DNA from: Styela clava
Taxonomy: Eukaryota
DNA: 64,000 bases
NCBI RefSeq assembly: GCF_964204865.1
Contig: NC_135257.1
Coordinates: 19,840,001 to 19,904,000 of the forward strand
Reading direction: 5' to 3'
Shown: in pieces, positions 13,491 through 27,200 of the stretch
How positions within the stretch are numbered: the first letter of the stretch is position 1
Layout: the number at the start of each line of letters is the position of its first letter
Position numbers and translations under genes: made by a program
Notes under the pieces: generated by a model
Told to the model about the DNA's origin: nothing
The model's database searches: none
Seen by the model: the letters and a program-made list of their open reading frames with translations, nothing else

Positions 13491-16335
13491 AATTGGAGGG
13501 TATGAACAGAGTTTGTCATATCATTAAAGTGTCTCATCAGCGTTTCTCTAGAATAATCATGAAACCTTTCACTATTCTAGTCCTGCACTCTAATGCAGTG
13601 TTAGTTACAAGCCCCTTAACCCCAAGTCATGGGTCATCTGAAGTGGAGTCAAAACATTTAGTTAATATTGCACATCTACTTGACTAACCATTTCCATGCT
13701 TGTTATGGTCTAGTAACTGAACAAAATTTAATTGTTCCACCCCATTGGCTTTCATTCTTTCTTTGTTGACTCTACCGAGCAGTTACCTTGACAAACATTC
13801 TACTGAAGTAGTGTCATATGCTCGATATTTACTGAGTTCCTGTTTTGGATTGAGTGTTTTACCACGATTGATATTAAATGTTCATATATGGGAAGTGGAA
13901 GGTATGCATGGCTTGTTCTTTTAGTTTCGAATCAAGAACGCAGGGAAAATTTGAGTGCTATTTGATCTCAGTATTTTGGTTTTCATAGCAGAGTAACACA
14001 CAAACCAATTCGCAGGCTTATAAACTATTTTGAGAAGTATTCCTTCAAATCCTAATAGAACAGTGGCCCTCAAAACTTTTTAAGCAGCAATTTGTCAAGT
14101 CTTGTGCCCCACCTAAAAATAACCATCACGCCCCTTAAAAAATTGACTGTCCCCTTTTGTTGGGCGCGTTCCACCATTTGAGAACCACTGCTCTATTCAT
14201 AACATCCTGTGTGAGGCGGTTCCGATTTTATGTTTGTTTTTAAATTTTTCAAATTTTCTGTTGTGTCATAAACATGAGAGTAAGATTTGTAAACATACGA
14301 GTAAAATTTGAAAACATGAAAGTAAAATTTGTGAAGGGCTTTTTCAACAGTGTAGCTTACACAATATCTGTGTATCGGCCCTGATCTCATTATATTTTAG
14401 AAGTCACTTTGGATTTTGCTAGCTGCCCTGATATTTTAACCCCTGTCTCATCACTGTTGTTTCCGGTCCAATTGTATTAGTGCTTTTGTTTAGTAAAAAA
14501 TGAGTAATCAAATAATATTACTTTGAACACACTTTTTGGTAGTCTTCATTATGACCTTTTCATACCTTAATTCAAAACAAAATTCTACGCAGCCAATTGT
14601 ATTATTTTTTTGGAGGGATAGTATTTTTTCATATTGGTATTGCCTTCTGTTATGATTACGGTATGCCTTGGATTATGTGTTTAGTTATTCCAATTTTCTA
14701 GTTTCTTTTTAAAAATTTTTTTCTATTGTTTTCTCCTAGACGTTAGAGTGATATTTGTGAATTTGAACTATTGTCTTTTACAATAGTGTAACTTACATGA
14801 TCTCTGTGCTTTGTCAGCTGCGCAGACGTTTGATAAAATATTGTATGCGACATTAAGACACTGGTATTGAAGATAGAGTAAAAAGTATTTATAGATTAAG
14901 ATGTCAGTGTAACATGTAAGTTTCAAGGCTGGTTTCTACTTTAACAATAATTAAATTATTACAATAAAAAAGTATTTTAACGCGACAGGAAAATCATTAT
15001 ACTCTGCAAAGGCGGCTTTTTTATCGAGCACGTAATCACGGTGACTGTTACAGACAGCACTGGGAATTTTCGATTTTGAACCCACCCCCCAATTTGAAAA
15101 TCCTGGCTGCGCCTGAATGTATTCATTCATTTTCATCAGTTGTGTGTTACAAATGGGCATAATTTTTTAAGAGAGGAATGCTATTAAATTATCAATATAT
15201 CAGAAGTTGTCAAAAACAAATTGAATATTGAAATTCCCTACATCAATATATTTAGGTCTTCATAATGGAAAAATTTAAAAAATTAGACATGTTTTTAATT
15301 TAATTTTTGCCAGTATTTTCATCGCAGAAAATCCACTACCAGCTTTGGCTTAGAGCGCTTACTAAACTTTGTGCTTTTCGACCTTCAGTAGAGGATTTAA
15401 TTCCTATATATCCTTCGAAAGCGAAATGTGTAGCTCTGTTCAATTCTTCTGTTTTCCTTCCTAATTTTAGTCATTGCAATCATTGTTTCAATCAGAATTA
15501 AAATAATGTATTTTTGGATTTTTCAAACGCTTGTATAGGGATGGGCGATTCAGAATACTGAATCCGGAGTATTTGAATCCCTATTGCCTTTTTGGCGTGA
15601 AGCAGGATTTTTTGTATTTTGGGTTTTTAATTTATTTATCAAAGACGAGTTTTGAGTCAAAATCTCTGTCGTATTAATATACTTGCATTTTCTCCCAAAG
15701 AACCTATATAAGCGGGCAAGCGGCAGACTTCAAACACGGTAATCTCATTCGTCATATTCAGAATTTTTAGTAATATCATAGGTTATAGTGCTTAATTACC
15801 ATGATTACCAGACTGAAAGCAATTTTCTAGAAAATACAGTTAGTCCACATGAACCGAACACAATATATTTGTAAATTTGTATTGAAATACTTTAGTGAAT
15901 ATTGATCGCTTCGAGCTATGATTGGATACCGACTTAAAGAGCAGCTGTTTCGCTGGTATATTATATTCAAATCAAACTTTTTTGGAATTTGCACAGTTAC
16001 CCCTTCGTCGTAAAACTCAGTATAATTGTAAAATTTTCTGAACATAATCCATTAGACTTTGTATTATTATCATATACACAATACTTGTAGTTCAAATATT
16101 CAGTAAATATAAGGAATAATTTTTAATATTAGACACATTGTGATTTTTTATTGCAATATCGCAAAATAACGTTTTAAACTATGATTGGATACCAGATTAA
16201 AGGCCACCTATTTCTTTGCACATTCACCATTTCGTCTACAAACACCAGTATGTTTTGAAAATTTTATGAGTATAATCTAATGAACTTTGTTCTATTATAC
16301 CATCCACAGGACTTTTAGTTTCAATATACATTAAA

Positions 16336-18342
16336 ATGGCTGAGAAACCCTCCACATCCCAGGATGACTCGTGTCAAAATAATACCGATACTGAATCAGT
16401 AAATATATCTTCGATAGATCCCAGAAAAGACGGAACCCCTACCGACTTTACAATAAATGTTGAAGACAAATCATTTAATGTTCATCGCGATATAATCATC
16501 GCAAACTCAGAATATTTTAAAGCAATGCTGACCCGAGATAGCATAGAAAATCAGCAAGGATTTGTTGATATGAAAGACGTAAACCCAGATGTTGTGCGTG
16601 AATGCATTGAGTACATGTACACTGGAAATGTGGATGAGGTTTTACTTGACATCGAAAATATTGGAGACACACTACAAGCAGCTGGAATCATGCAACTGAA
16701 TATGATAAGCGGTTTATGTTTTTTGTTTTTAAAAGAAAACTTGAAAACAAAAAATTGTGTTATTGAGGTTTTCAACTTGGTCACGAAATTGAACTTCACT
16801 GTTCTTCAAGACTATGTTCAAGAAGTGTTTGTTGAAACTTATAAATTAGACAGTGTAGCAGAAATGCTTAAACTTTCAAAGTCTGATTTCATTGAGTATC
16901 TTCGTAAGAATGGCTTACGTGATCGTGTCATTGCTTGGGATTGTATTAAGCACTGGATTGAGTATGATCCAGATAACCGATCAGAGCTCCTTTTTGAGTT
17001 GTTGAGCTTGCTTAATTGGGATGAGTTCCCTCCCTATACTATTTTGAGAGGACTTTGGAATAGTTCCATATTCAAGCAATCTCAGCAGTGCTTGGATTTG
17101 GTCCATGAAAAAGTATTCATGGATGTTCACGGTTTTAAAAAAAACTTGTCCATTGAAAGCTTTTTCCTGCTCAAAGAAATGTCTGGAAAATTTAAATTCA
17201 TTCCAAAGGAAATTAAGGAAATGCTTCCTACATTTCTCAAAACACATATAGTCAAACTCTTGACAAAGTCAGATTTCAAAAAGTTAACAGAAGCTGACAT
17301 GATGGCTTTGCTATCTGATCCATCTATAGATGATTTGACCGGAGAAAAGTGGAAATGGTTGGCAGTCAAAACATGGATGAAGCATTCCAGTAACCGCAGA
17401 GTATTTCTGCTAAACCTCATAAAGCACATCAAATTCCAGAATTTACCAAAAAGTTTTCTGAACAACATTTTTAAACACAATTTAATAGAGAAATCATTGG
17501 AGTGCCACCAAATCATATCTGATATGATTACAACAGATAAATCAAGTGTGAAAACTCATCATTTAACTGTTTTATACAATAATGGAGAAATTCGAGACTT
17601 TAACATGTCTACTAAAGAATGGAGTTTAGTTCCGGGAGTTCCACTTGATCCTTATGGACAGGCTTTTACATTCAATAATAGGTTGTGCATTTTGACTGGA
17701 CGAAGGTTGCTCTATATGACAAAAAATCAGAAATGGATAGAAAAGGCCAGTCTGGCGAAAGGTTTCAATATCACCGGTCATGAAAAGATAGTGGCGACCA
17801 GAGACTGCGTTTATGTCATAAAAAAGTTGAAGATGTCATGCTATGACTCTATTTCTGATAGTTGGGATGAGAGCTTGCCCGGACCGGGTGTTGGTTTATT
17901 GGTCTTCTTCACAGCAACAGCATACACAGATAGTTATATATATATATCTGAGAGCAATCAAATGAAACTTTTTGACATTTCAAACAAAACTTGGTCAGGT
18001 GTAATTGTTGTTGCAAATTCATTCAGTTTATCAACAAGTCTGTGTGGTTGTCTGTATTTCACAGACTATAATAGTAAAATTGTAAAAAAGTACTCTGTAA
18101 GATCAGAAAATTGGACTTCATTGCCAAGTGCGCCCGATAAAATTAATTCAGTATTTACTATTAAGGATACTTCAATTGCCATTCGCTGTGGTAAAATCAT
18201 ATATATCTATGACGAATTGTGCGACGTGTGGAACTCCTCGCGCCTAACTATTCCTACTGTGTACAAAAATACTATAAGTGACTCTGATACAGCAGATATT
18301 GTTTCAATTTGCACATATGCTACTAAACAATCACTTAATTAA
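16336..18342 (+). CDS. BTB-BACK-BACK-Kelch copy 2, intronless, 668 aa
   Basis: Uninterrupted ORF with start context aaaATGG, paralogous along its length to copies 1 and 4. Confidence 0.92.
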   Translation: MAEKPSTSQDDSCQNNTDTESVNISSIDPRKDGTPTDFTINVEDKSFNVHRDIIIANSEYFKAMLTRDSIENQQGFVDMKDVNPDVVRECIEYMYTGNVDEVLLDIENIGDTLQAAGIMQLNMISGLCFLFLKENLKTKNCVIEVFNLVTKLNFTVLQDYVQEVFVETYKLDSVAEMLKLSKSDFIEYLRKNGLRDRVIAWDCIKHWIEYDPDNRSELLFELLSLLNWDEFPPYTILRGLWNSSIFKQSQQCLDLVHEKVFMDVHGFKKNLSIESFFLLKEMSGKFKFIPKEIKEMLPTFLKTHIVKLLTKSDFKKLTEADMMALLSDPSIDDLTGEKWKWLAVKTWMKHSSNRRVFLLNLIKHIKFQNLPKSFLNNIFKHNLIEKSLECHQIISDMITTDKSSVKTHHLTVLYNNGEIRDFNMSTKEWSLVPGVPLDPYGQAFTFNNRLCILTGRRLLYMTKNQKWIEKASLAKGFNITGHEKIVATRDCVYVIKKLKMSCYDSISDSWDESLPGPGVGLLVFFTATAYTDSYIYISESNQMKLFDISNKTWSGVIVVANSFSLSTSLCGCLYFTDYNSKIVKKYSVRSENWTSLPSAPDKINSVFTIKDTSIAIRCGKIIYIYDELCDVWNSSRLTIPTVYKNTISDSDTADIVSICTYATKQSLN

Positions 18343-18689
18343 GCTTTATTAGTATTTTGTCCTTTTCGATTCGCACCCCGCTCTTGTACAGTTTAAGTTG
18401 TTTATAATTTGTACTTCAATGAGTATTTTTAGTAATATTAAAGAACTAGATAATATCAGTAATACTACAGTAAATACAAAGTGAATTTCCTCCACCAAGA
18501 ACAACAAAACCCCTGCAATTTGGAATCATGTTAGTAAAAATAAACTTACTTTCTTGCTTGAGAAATTGACCCCCAAAACAGGTCAAATTGACCCACGGCT
18601 GAGAAGCACATTTTTTCCTCAATGGGCTTAGGGAGGAATTTAACATTCATTTCTTTTAAAAGAATGACAATAATATGGCTTATAATTAT

Positions 18690-18900
18690 GACGAACCACA
18701 GCCTTTAATCCGGTTACCAATTTGGAAATAGTAAGCCAGTTATTTGTTTTAGTTGCATAGACTTGATAGTAGAGGAAGCCTAATTGACCAGCAGTTATGT
18801 GAATTACCCTATGGCAAAGAGGAGTCTAGCAATCCTCTTGCACATAATTATCCTCCATGGGCTTCGAATCTGCCAACCCGTGAGTATTCAGAGGTGTCAT
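18690..18900 (-). mobile_element. tRNA-derived SINE, decayed copy
   Basis: Reverse-complement similarity to the 31038-31380 element (TCCGGTTACCA, GCCAGTTATTTG, TTCGAA B-box remnant). Confidence 0.55.
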
Positions 18901-21900
18901 GAGAAGAGTTATTTTAAAATTAGCTAAAAATGTGTTAACAGTCGATTACAATATTCTACTATCTTCATTGTTTATTTAAAGCATTTTTAATCTTATTTTC
19001 TTTTTTTTTTGTATAAAGTGTAGTTTTACAATATTTAGGGTTTGGTTGATTTAATAAAGTTGTACAAAAAATATGTTATTTGTCTGCATACCATATGAGT
19101 TAGGGGGTGAGAACAAAGTCTGTCATATAATTAAAATGTCTTCCAACGTTTCTTTGCCCAGGATAAATACGAAACCTCTGTCAATATCCTACTCCTGTGC
19201 TCTAATGCAGTGTTGGTTACGAGCCCCTTAACCCCAAGTCATGGGTCATCTGAAGTGGAGTCAAGTCATTTAGTTAAGATTGCACATCTGATTGACTAAT
19301 CATTCCCATACTTGTTATGGTCTGGTAACTGAACATGATTTAATTAAGCCATCTTAGTGACTTTCATTCTTTCTTGGTTGATCTTACCGAGCAGTTAACT
19401 TGACAGACATTCTACGGAAGTAGTGACGTATGTTCAATATTTTCTGAGTATCCTATTTTGGATTGAATGTTTTACCACGATCGATATAAAATTTTCATAT
19501 ATGGGAAGTGGACGGTATGGTTTGTTAAACCAAACGAATTCGCAGGCTCAGAAACTTTGTAGAGAACAACTTTGCGTTGTTTGTATTCTATCGAATCATA
19601 ATAGAACAGTGGTTCTCAAACTTTTTAAGCGGTGCCCTCATTTCAGAATTTGTGAAGTCTCGCATTCCATCTCAAAAATAACCAGCTTAACAATAAGCTA
19701 CAAATAACAGATAATAAGGTGAAAGTACCGGTATGTTTTATTCAAAAAAACGTTGAAAATATGTGGATGGAGCGTGAATATCCAAAAAACGAGAGTTTCA
19801 AGCCGAAAGAGTTGAAATTTCCCCCAAAATAGGTGATATTCAGGCTGGTTTCTGCCTGGTTGAGTGCTTTGCTCCTGTTGATATTGAATTTTCATAAAGG
19901 GGAAGGGAAGGGCCTTATAAACTTTGTTTGAAAGTATTCTATCGAATCATAATAGAACAACTCGGTTACAATTGTCTGCCCTAACAAAGAGTCATATAAA
20001 GTATGTGATCACACTCATTACATTTTAAAGGTCACTTACGATTTTTCCCGTTGCCCTGATATTTTGACCCATCTCATCACTGTTGTTCCCCTTTCGATGG
20101 TATTAGTGCTTTTCTAATTAAAGGCATAGTAATCAGATAATATTACTTGAATTGACAACATTTTTTGTTTGTCTGTATTACGAGATCTTTGTACCTTAAT
20201 TCGAAACAAATCTCCACGTAGGCAGCCGATTGTATTCACTTAGCCAACACAGACAGGCCCCGAGCTTGTAATAAAACCTAAATAAAGAAAATAGGAATAA
20301 AATTATGGCCTAACCATAATCTGGTACACACACTACAGCAGTACCCAAATTTGTTGCGAGCTGGGAACCCTTGGTCCACATTCATTTATTAAATAAAACT
20401 GATAGTATTTGTGAATTCTAATATTTTCCTATTTTCATCATTTATTCATTGTATTTTATCGTGGTTTATTATTTTTTGTTTATATGGAGTATAGTTTAGA
20501 TAAATAGAGATTAGTTGTGTTCAATAAAGTTGTACAAAAAATATCTGGGTATTACCTAGAAAGTCAGCAATTGGGGAAAGGTTAAGTGAAATATCTGTTT
20601 AGCGTATGTATTAGGGGTGCGACCAAATTATGTCATATCATTAAAGTGTCTTATCAGTGTTTCTTTTCCGAAATAAATATGGAACCCCCATCACTATTCT
20701 AGTCCAGAACTCTACTGCTGTGTTAGAAACAAGCTCCTAAACCCCCAGTCATGGGTCATCTGAAGTGGAGTCAAGTCATTTAGTTGAGATTGCACATCTA
20801 TTTGACTAACTATTTTCATACTTATGGTCTTGTAACTGAACAAGGTTTAATTAAGCCACCTTATTGGCTTTCATTTTTTCTTGATTGATCCTACCGAGCA
20901 GTTAACTTGACATTCTACGGAAGTATTGCCGTATGTTCAACATTCACTGAGTTTCCAATCTTGGATTGAGTGTTTTACCACGATCGATATGAAATTTTCA
21001 TATATGGGAAGTGGATGGTATGGCTTGTTATTTTAGTTTCCAATCAAGAAAACAAGGGAAATTCGACTGCTATCTGATCTTGGTTTTCATAGCAGAGTAA
21101 CACCAACAATTCGAAGGCTTATAAACTTGTTGAGAAGTATTCTATCGAATCATGATAGAACAGTGGTTCCTAAACTTTTTAAGCAGTGCCCTCTTTTTAG
21201 AATTTGTCAAGTCTTGCGCCCTACTTAAAAATTAACCAGCTAACAATAAGCTACAAATAACAGATAGAAAGGTGAAAATGTTTTTCATTCAAAAACACGT
21301 TGAAAATTTGTGGATGGAACGTAAATATCCAAAATAAGGAAATGTCAATATACAAAATAATGTGGGCAAGATCAAATCTAACAAATAGTTTTATATTCAA
21401 TTAGCTTTATGGCCCCTTAAAAAATTATCTATGTCCCCTTTGTGGGGTGCTCCCCACCATTGAAGAACCACTGCTCTATTCATAACACCATGTGTGTTTT
21501 AGTTATTCGAATTTTATGTTTGTTTTAAAATCCTTTTCGAATGGAGCTTCTTCGTCCGTTGTCTCATCACTGTTGTTTCCATTGTATTAGTGCTTTTGTT
21601 AAGTAAAGACAGAATAATCAGATAATTTGGCTTTAATTGACAACACTTTTTGGTCGTCTTTATTGTGACATTTTCGTACCTTAATTGGAAACAAATTTCC
21701 TCGAGCAGTTATTTTTTTGCAGGGATGGTATGTTTTCGTTTCGGTATTGCCTACTCGTATATTTATACCCTGGATGATGTGTTTAGGTATTTGACGTTTC
21801 AAGTTTCTTTTTAAATCTCTTTTAAAGTTTTTAAAGTATTGTTATCTCATATACGTAAGAGTAATATTTGTAAAGTTGAGCTATTGTCTTTCACAATAGT

Positions 21901-22326
21901 GTAGCTTACATGATCTCTCTGCTTTGTCAGTTGCGCAGACATTTAATAAAATAATGTATTGATTTTCATTAGTTGTATGCAACATTAAGAAACTGGTATT
22001 AAAAAGAGAGTAAAGTATTCAGAGATTTAGATGTCAGTGTAACACAGAAGTTCCAAGGCTAACGAGTTGAAATAAAAAAAAAATTGTTTGAATATTTTCG
22101 TGAGACGGTATGAATCAATACAGACTAATGTTAAATACTTAACGGCAATTCGATAAGAATACGATTATACGTATACGTTCCAGACACTTTTCTTAGCTTT
22201 GCGAACCCCCTGTGCAGTCATCACGGATCCCCAGGGATCCATAGACCCTAGTTTGGGAAACCCTGATCTGATAAACTTTATTTAATCATACAATCTACAA
22301 TACTTCTAGCTAATATATTCAGTAAA

Positions 22327-23920
22327 ATGGCTGAAAAATCCTCTGCATCCAAGGATTACCCGGATAAAAATGATACCAATACTGAATCAGCAGATTTGCC
22401 CTTGATAGATCCCAGAAAAGAGGGAACCCCTACCGACTTCACAATAAATGTTGAAGACAAATCATTCAATGTTCATCGGGATATAGTCATTGCAAAGTCA
22501 GACTACTTTAAAGCGATGCTAATTCACAATACCAAAGAAAATCAACAAGGATATGTTGATATGAAAGACGTAAACCCAGATGTTGTACGTGAATGCATTG
22601 AGTTAATGTACACTAGAAATGCGGATGAGGTTTCGGTTGACATCGAAAATGTTGGAGACATGCTACAAGCAGCTGGAATTATACAGCTGAATGAGATAAG
22701 AGATTTATGTTCCAAGTGTTTGGAAGAAAACTTGCAAACCAAAAATTGTGTCTAAAAAGTTTGAATTCATTCCAAAGGTGATTAAGGAAATGCTTCCTAC
22801 ATTTTTCAAAACACATATAGTCAAACTCTTGACAAAGTCAGAGTTCAGAAATTTTACAGAACCTGATATGATGGCTTTTCTTTCTGATCCAACTATAGAT
22901 GACTTGACCGGAGAAAAGTGGAAATGGTTGGCAGTCAAAACATGGGTGAACGATGAAAATAATCGGAAAGCAGTTTTGCCCGGACTTCTCAAGCTTATTA
23001 GGTTCCAAACCTTGCCAAAAAAATTTATGAAAGAAGTAATTGAGCATCCTTTAATAAGAGAAGCTTTGGAGAGAATCTTCTATCAAATCTTTACTGATCA
23101 ATTATTTGTAGAATCACCAAGAAATAGGTCAGAAACACATTACCTTGCTGTCCTATATTCCAACAGCAAAATTCGTGCTCTGAACATGTCTACAATGACA
23201 TGGGAAATGGTTCCTGCATTCCATCTTGAATCTCCTTCCATAATGTTTTCGTTCAGTGACAAATTGTGTGTTTTAACTGGAAATAGACTATTTTACCTGA
23301 CCCGAACTCAAAAATGGATAGAAAAGGCTTCAATGGTAAACAAAATTGGTAATTCTGCTAAAGTTGTCACCACTAATGACCATATTTATGTGATTGAGAC
23401 CGCAAGGATGTCATGCTACGATTCTTTAACGGATAGTTGGAATGAGAACCTGCCTGGTGTTGGGTTTTCATCCTTCGGTGCTGCAGTGGCAAATGGTTCA
23501 ATTTATGTTTCTGGATGTTACCAAATGCGGAATTACAATATTGAGAACGAGATTTGGTCACAAACTAGTAAAGTGTCATATGCTTTTAGATTCGCAGCAT
23601 ATTTGCGTGATTGTCTGTATTTCTCAACTGAAAGTGTTGGTTGTTATTACAACATTGTTCTACAAAAATTCAGCCTCAAGAATTCAATTTGGAGTTCTAT
23701 GATTTCTCCCAAATTACCAAATGGTAATTATATTCATGCTCAGTCACTACTCAATATTGATAATTCAATGATTCTTATTAGCACTGATGGATCCATTCTC
23801 AACGAATATTGTTCAACTTGGAACAAAATGAATACTAACATTCCAATATTGTACTGTGACACTAATGACTCATCCCTTAAAGCAAATATTGCTTCAATTT
23901 GTACATATTCTACTTATTGA
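22327..23920 (+). pseudogene. BTB-Kelch copy 3, disrupted by an internal ~422-bp deletion with frameshift (142-aa BTB-only ORF plus an out-of-frame 390-codon BACK2-Kelch ORF)
   Basis: The junction AATTGTGT|CTAAAAAG at ~22750 joins positions equivalent to 16760 and 17183 of copy 2, giving a stop at 22753-22755. The upstream acceptor is mutated (cag>caa) and the promoter-proximal block seen before copies 2 and 4 is missing. Confidence 0.8.
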
Positions 23921-23959
23921 GAGAATGAATTTTCTCTGCCTGCCTCTTTGATCTAGTTA

Positions 23960-24237
23960 AACAAGTAGTTTTTAAATCACACCCTTTTTTGGAATTTTTC
24001 AAGTCTCGGGCACCTCCTTAGCTAGCTAAGAATACGCTACAAATACCAGATAGTGAGGCGAAAATATGTTTTCAAAACATGTTGAAAATCTGGTACATGA
24101 TAAAGAAATGAATATTCAAAATAGGGCACGCAAGATCAAATCTAACATACACATTTATATTCAATTATCTTCATACCCCCTCTAAAAAAAGTTTATGCCT
24201 CCTTTATGAGGCGTGCCCCACCATTTTAGAACCACTG
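23960..24237. mobile_element. hAT-type MITE in the 3' flank of copy 3
   Basis: Ends TTTAGAACCACTG, flanked by AGTTAAAC/AGTAAAAC; the empty site CAAGTTAAACAGTGATTG is present after copy 4 (~29910). Confidence 0.6.
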
Positions 24238-27200
24238 AGTAAAACAGTGATTGTTGGACTTCTAGGATCCCTGCCACCCATTCAAAGCTTCTCAAGACTT
24301 GTGGCTCCATGGTTTACAATAAAAAAACTTAGTTTGCCTAGTTTTCTGCAAAGTTAATTAGTGAAGATCTTTGCTTGTGGTCCAAGAGAACTTTCACTGT
24401 GGCCCCTAGAGAACCTATCTGGCCCATTTAGGAAAATCAGATTTTAACTTTTCCTATTCAAAACTCAGTTGATTACCATATTTGATTCATCATACTCACC
24501 TCTACACTGCCCTTCACAGAAATATAAAAAAAAAATGATTTTGTAACGAAGTTTCCAGCTATTTTTTTTACACTAATTTTTTTTTTAATATATTTCCTCT
24601 AACCTGTAAACCTATAAAATGACTCAATCCCCCCCTCCAATAATGACAATTTTTCTCTCTGGAATAGAATTCCTTCCCCTCTGGGAAACATGTTAGTAAG
24701 AATAATGACTTGTTGCAGGTTAGAGCAGGGCAAATTTGTTCCCGACAGGAACCCATAGTCTACATGCATTTATTAAATAAAACTGATAGAATTTATGTAT
24801 TCTGATATTTTATTATTTTCATTGTTTATTGAAAGCATTTATGGCGTGATTTTATTATTATTTGTTTATATGAAATGTAGTTTAGATGAATAGAGATTAG
24901 TTGTGTTCAATAAAAGTTGTACAAAAAATATCTGGGTATTACCTAGAAAGTCAGCAATTGGGGAAAGGACAAATGCAATGTCTGTATATCATATAGATTA
25001 GGGGATGCGAACAAAGTCTGTCATATCATTAAAGTGTCTTCTCAGTGTTTCCTTCCCCAGGGCAAATATGGAACACCTGTTTCTATCCTAGTCCTGTACT
25101 TTAATGCAGTGTTATTTAGGGTCATCCGAAATGGAGTCAAGTCATTTAGTTAGGATTGCACATCTAATTGACCAAACATTCCCCTACTTGTTTCGGTCTG
25201 GTAACTGAACAAGATTTGATTAGGGCACTTTATTGACTTTCATTCTTTCTTGGTTGACCCTACCGAGCAGTTAACCTGACAGACATTCTACGGTAGTAGT
25301 GTCATATGTTCAATATTTACTGAGTTCCTGTTTTGGATTGAATGTTTTACTACAATTGATATTAAATTCTTCATATATGGGAAGTGGATGGTATGGTATG
25401 CATGGCTTGTTATTTTAGTTTCGAATCAAAAAAGCAAGGAAAATTTGAGTGCTATTTGGTTTTCATAGCAGAGTAACACACAAAACCAATTCGCAGCCTC
25501 ATAAACTTTGTTGAGAAGTATTCTATCGAATCATAATAGAACAGTGGTTCTCAATTTTTTTAAGCGGTGCCCTCATTTTAGAATCTGTCAACGTCAAGTC
25601 TCACATTCCATCTGAAAAATAACCAGCTTAACAATAATCTACAAATAACAGATAGTAAGGTGAAAGTACTGGTATGTTTTATTCTAAAACACGTTGAAAT
25701 TACGTGGATGGAGCGTGAATATCCAAAAAACGAGAGTTTCAAGTCGAAAGAGTTGAAATTTCAAAAAAAAAAATATTAGTTGAATATTTTATACCAAAAT
25801 AGGTGATATTTAGACTGGTTTATGCCTGGTTGAGTACTTTGCACCGGTTGATATTGAATTTTTATATATGGGAAGGGAAGGCCCTTATAAACTATGTTGG
25901 AAAGTATTCTATCGAATCATAATAGAACAACTCAACTGCAGGTGTCCGCCATAACAAAGAGTCATAAAAATGAGTACGTTGTAAAGGTCACTTAGGATTT
26001 TGCCCTCTGCCCTGATATTTTCACCTTTGTCTCATCACTGTTGTTTTCAATTCCTTTGTATTAATGCTTTTGTTAAGTAAAGGCAAAGTAATCAGATTAT
26101 ATTACTTGAATTGACAACAATTTTTGGTCGGCTTCATTGTGACATTTTCATACTTTAATTCCAAACAAATCTCTACGTAAGCAGCCAATTGTATTATTTT
26201 TTTGGAGGGATAGTATCTTTTCGTTTTGGTATTGCCTACTGTTATAATTATACCTTCGATGATGTATTTAGTTATTCCAATTTTAGTAAGAGAGTAATAT
26301 TTGTAAAGTTTTGCTATTGTCTTTCACAATAGTGTAGATTATATGATGTGTGAGCTGTGCACACATTTAATAAAGTAATTTATTGATTTTCAGGTAGAGT
26401 TAGGCCATAATTTTATTCCGATTTTCACTATTTTAGTTCTATTAAAAGTTCGGGGACTGTCTGTGTTAGCCAAGTGAATATACCCCCTGCCCTAGGTTTC
26501 AGTCCCTTCACAGAACTTGATGTAAAATACCCATAGGCGAATAAACTTAGTTACTGTTAGTCAATGTTTTCATTTTTGTATTGCCTGCGTTTATATTTAT
26601 ACATTGGATAAGGTGTTCATATCTTCAAATTCCATGTTTGTTTTTGTATCCTTCTCGGAAGGAGTTTCTTTTGTTGTGTCATAGACGTGAGAGTAATGTT
26701 TGTAAAGTTGAGCTATTGTCTTTAACAATAGTGTAGCTTACATGATCTCTGTGCTTTGTGAGCTGCGCAGACATTTCATAAAATAATGTATTGATTTTCA
26801 TTAGTTGTATACGACATTAAGACACTGAATTTTAAATAGAGTAGAAAGTATTTAGAGATTTAGTGTAACACAGGGTTTCGAGGTGGAAAAGTTGAAATTA
26901 CAAAAAAAAATTTGTATGAAAGTTTTACACTGAAATACGGTAGGAGATATTTAAGCTGGTTTCTGCTTTAGCTATAATTGAATTATTACAGTATAAAAGT
27001 ATAATAGCTTGAAAATAAAAAAATAAATGATTTGGTTATATTACTAGTAACTATCAGATGGGCTACTGAACAATTTGGCATGGTAAGTGTACTATCCGAG
27101 GGTTAACAGTTACCAGATTTGGCTTTGTGGGTTGGCAAATGAGATTCGTATTCTTTTTATTATTTATTTATTTTTATTATTTGTGTTGAACAATTGGACC

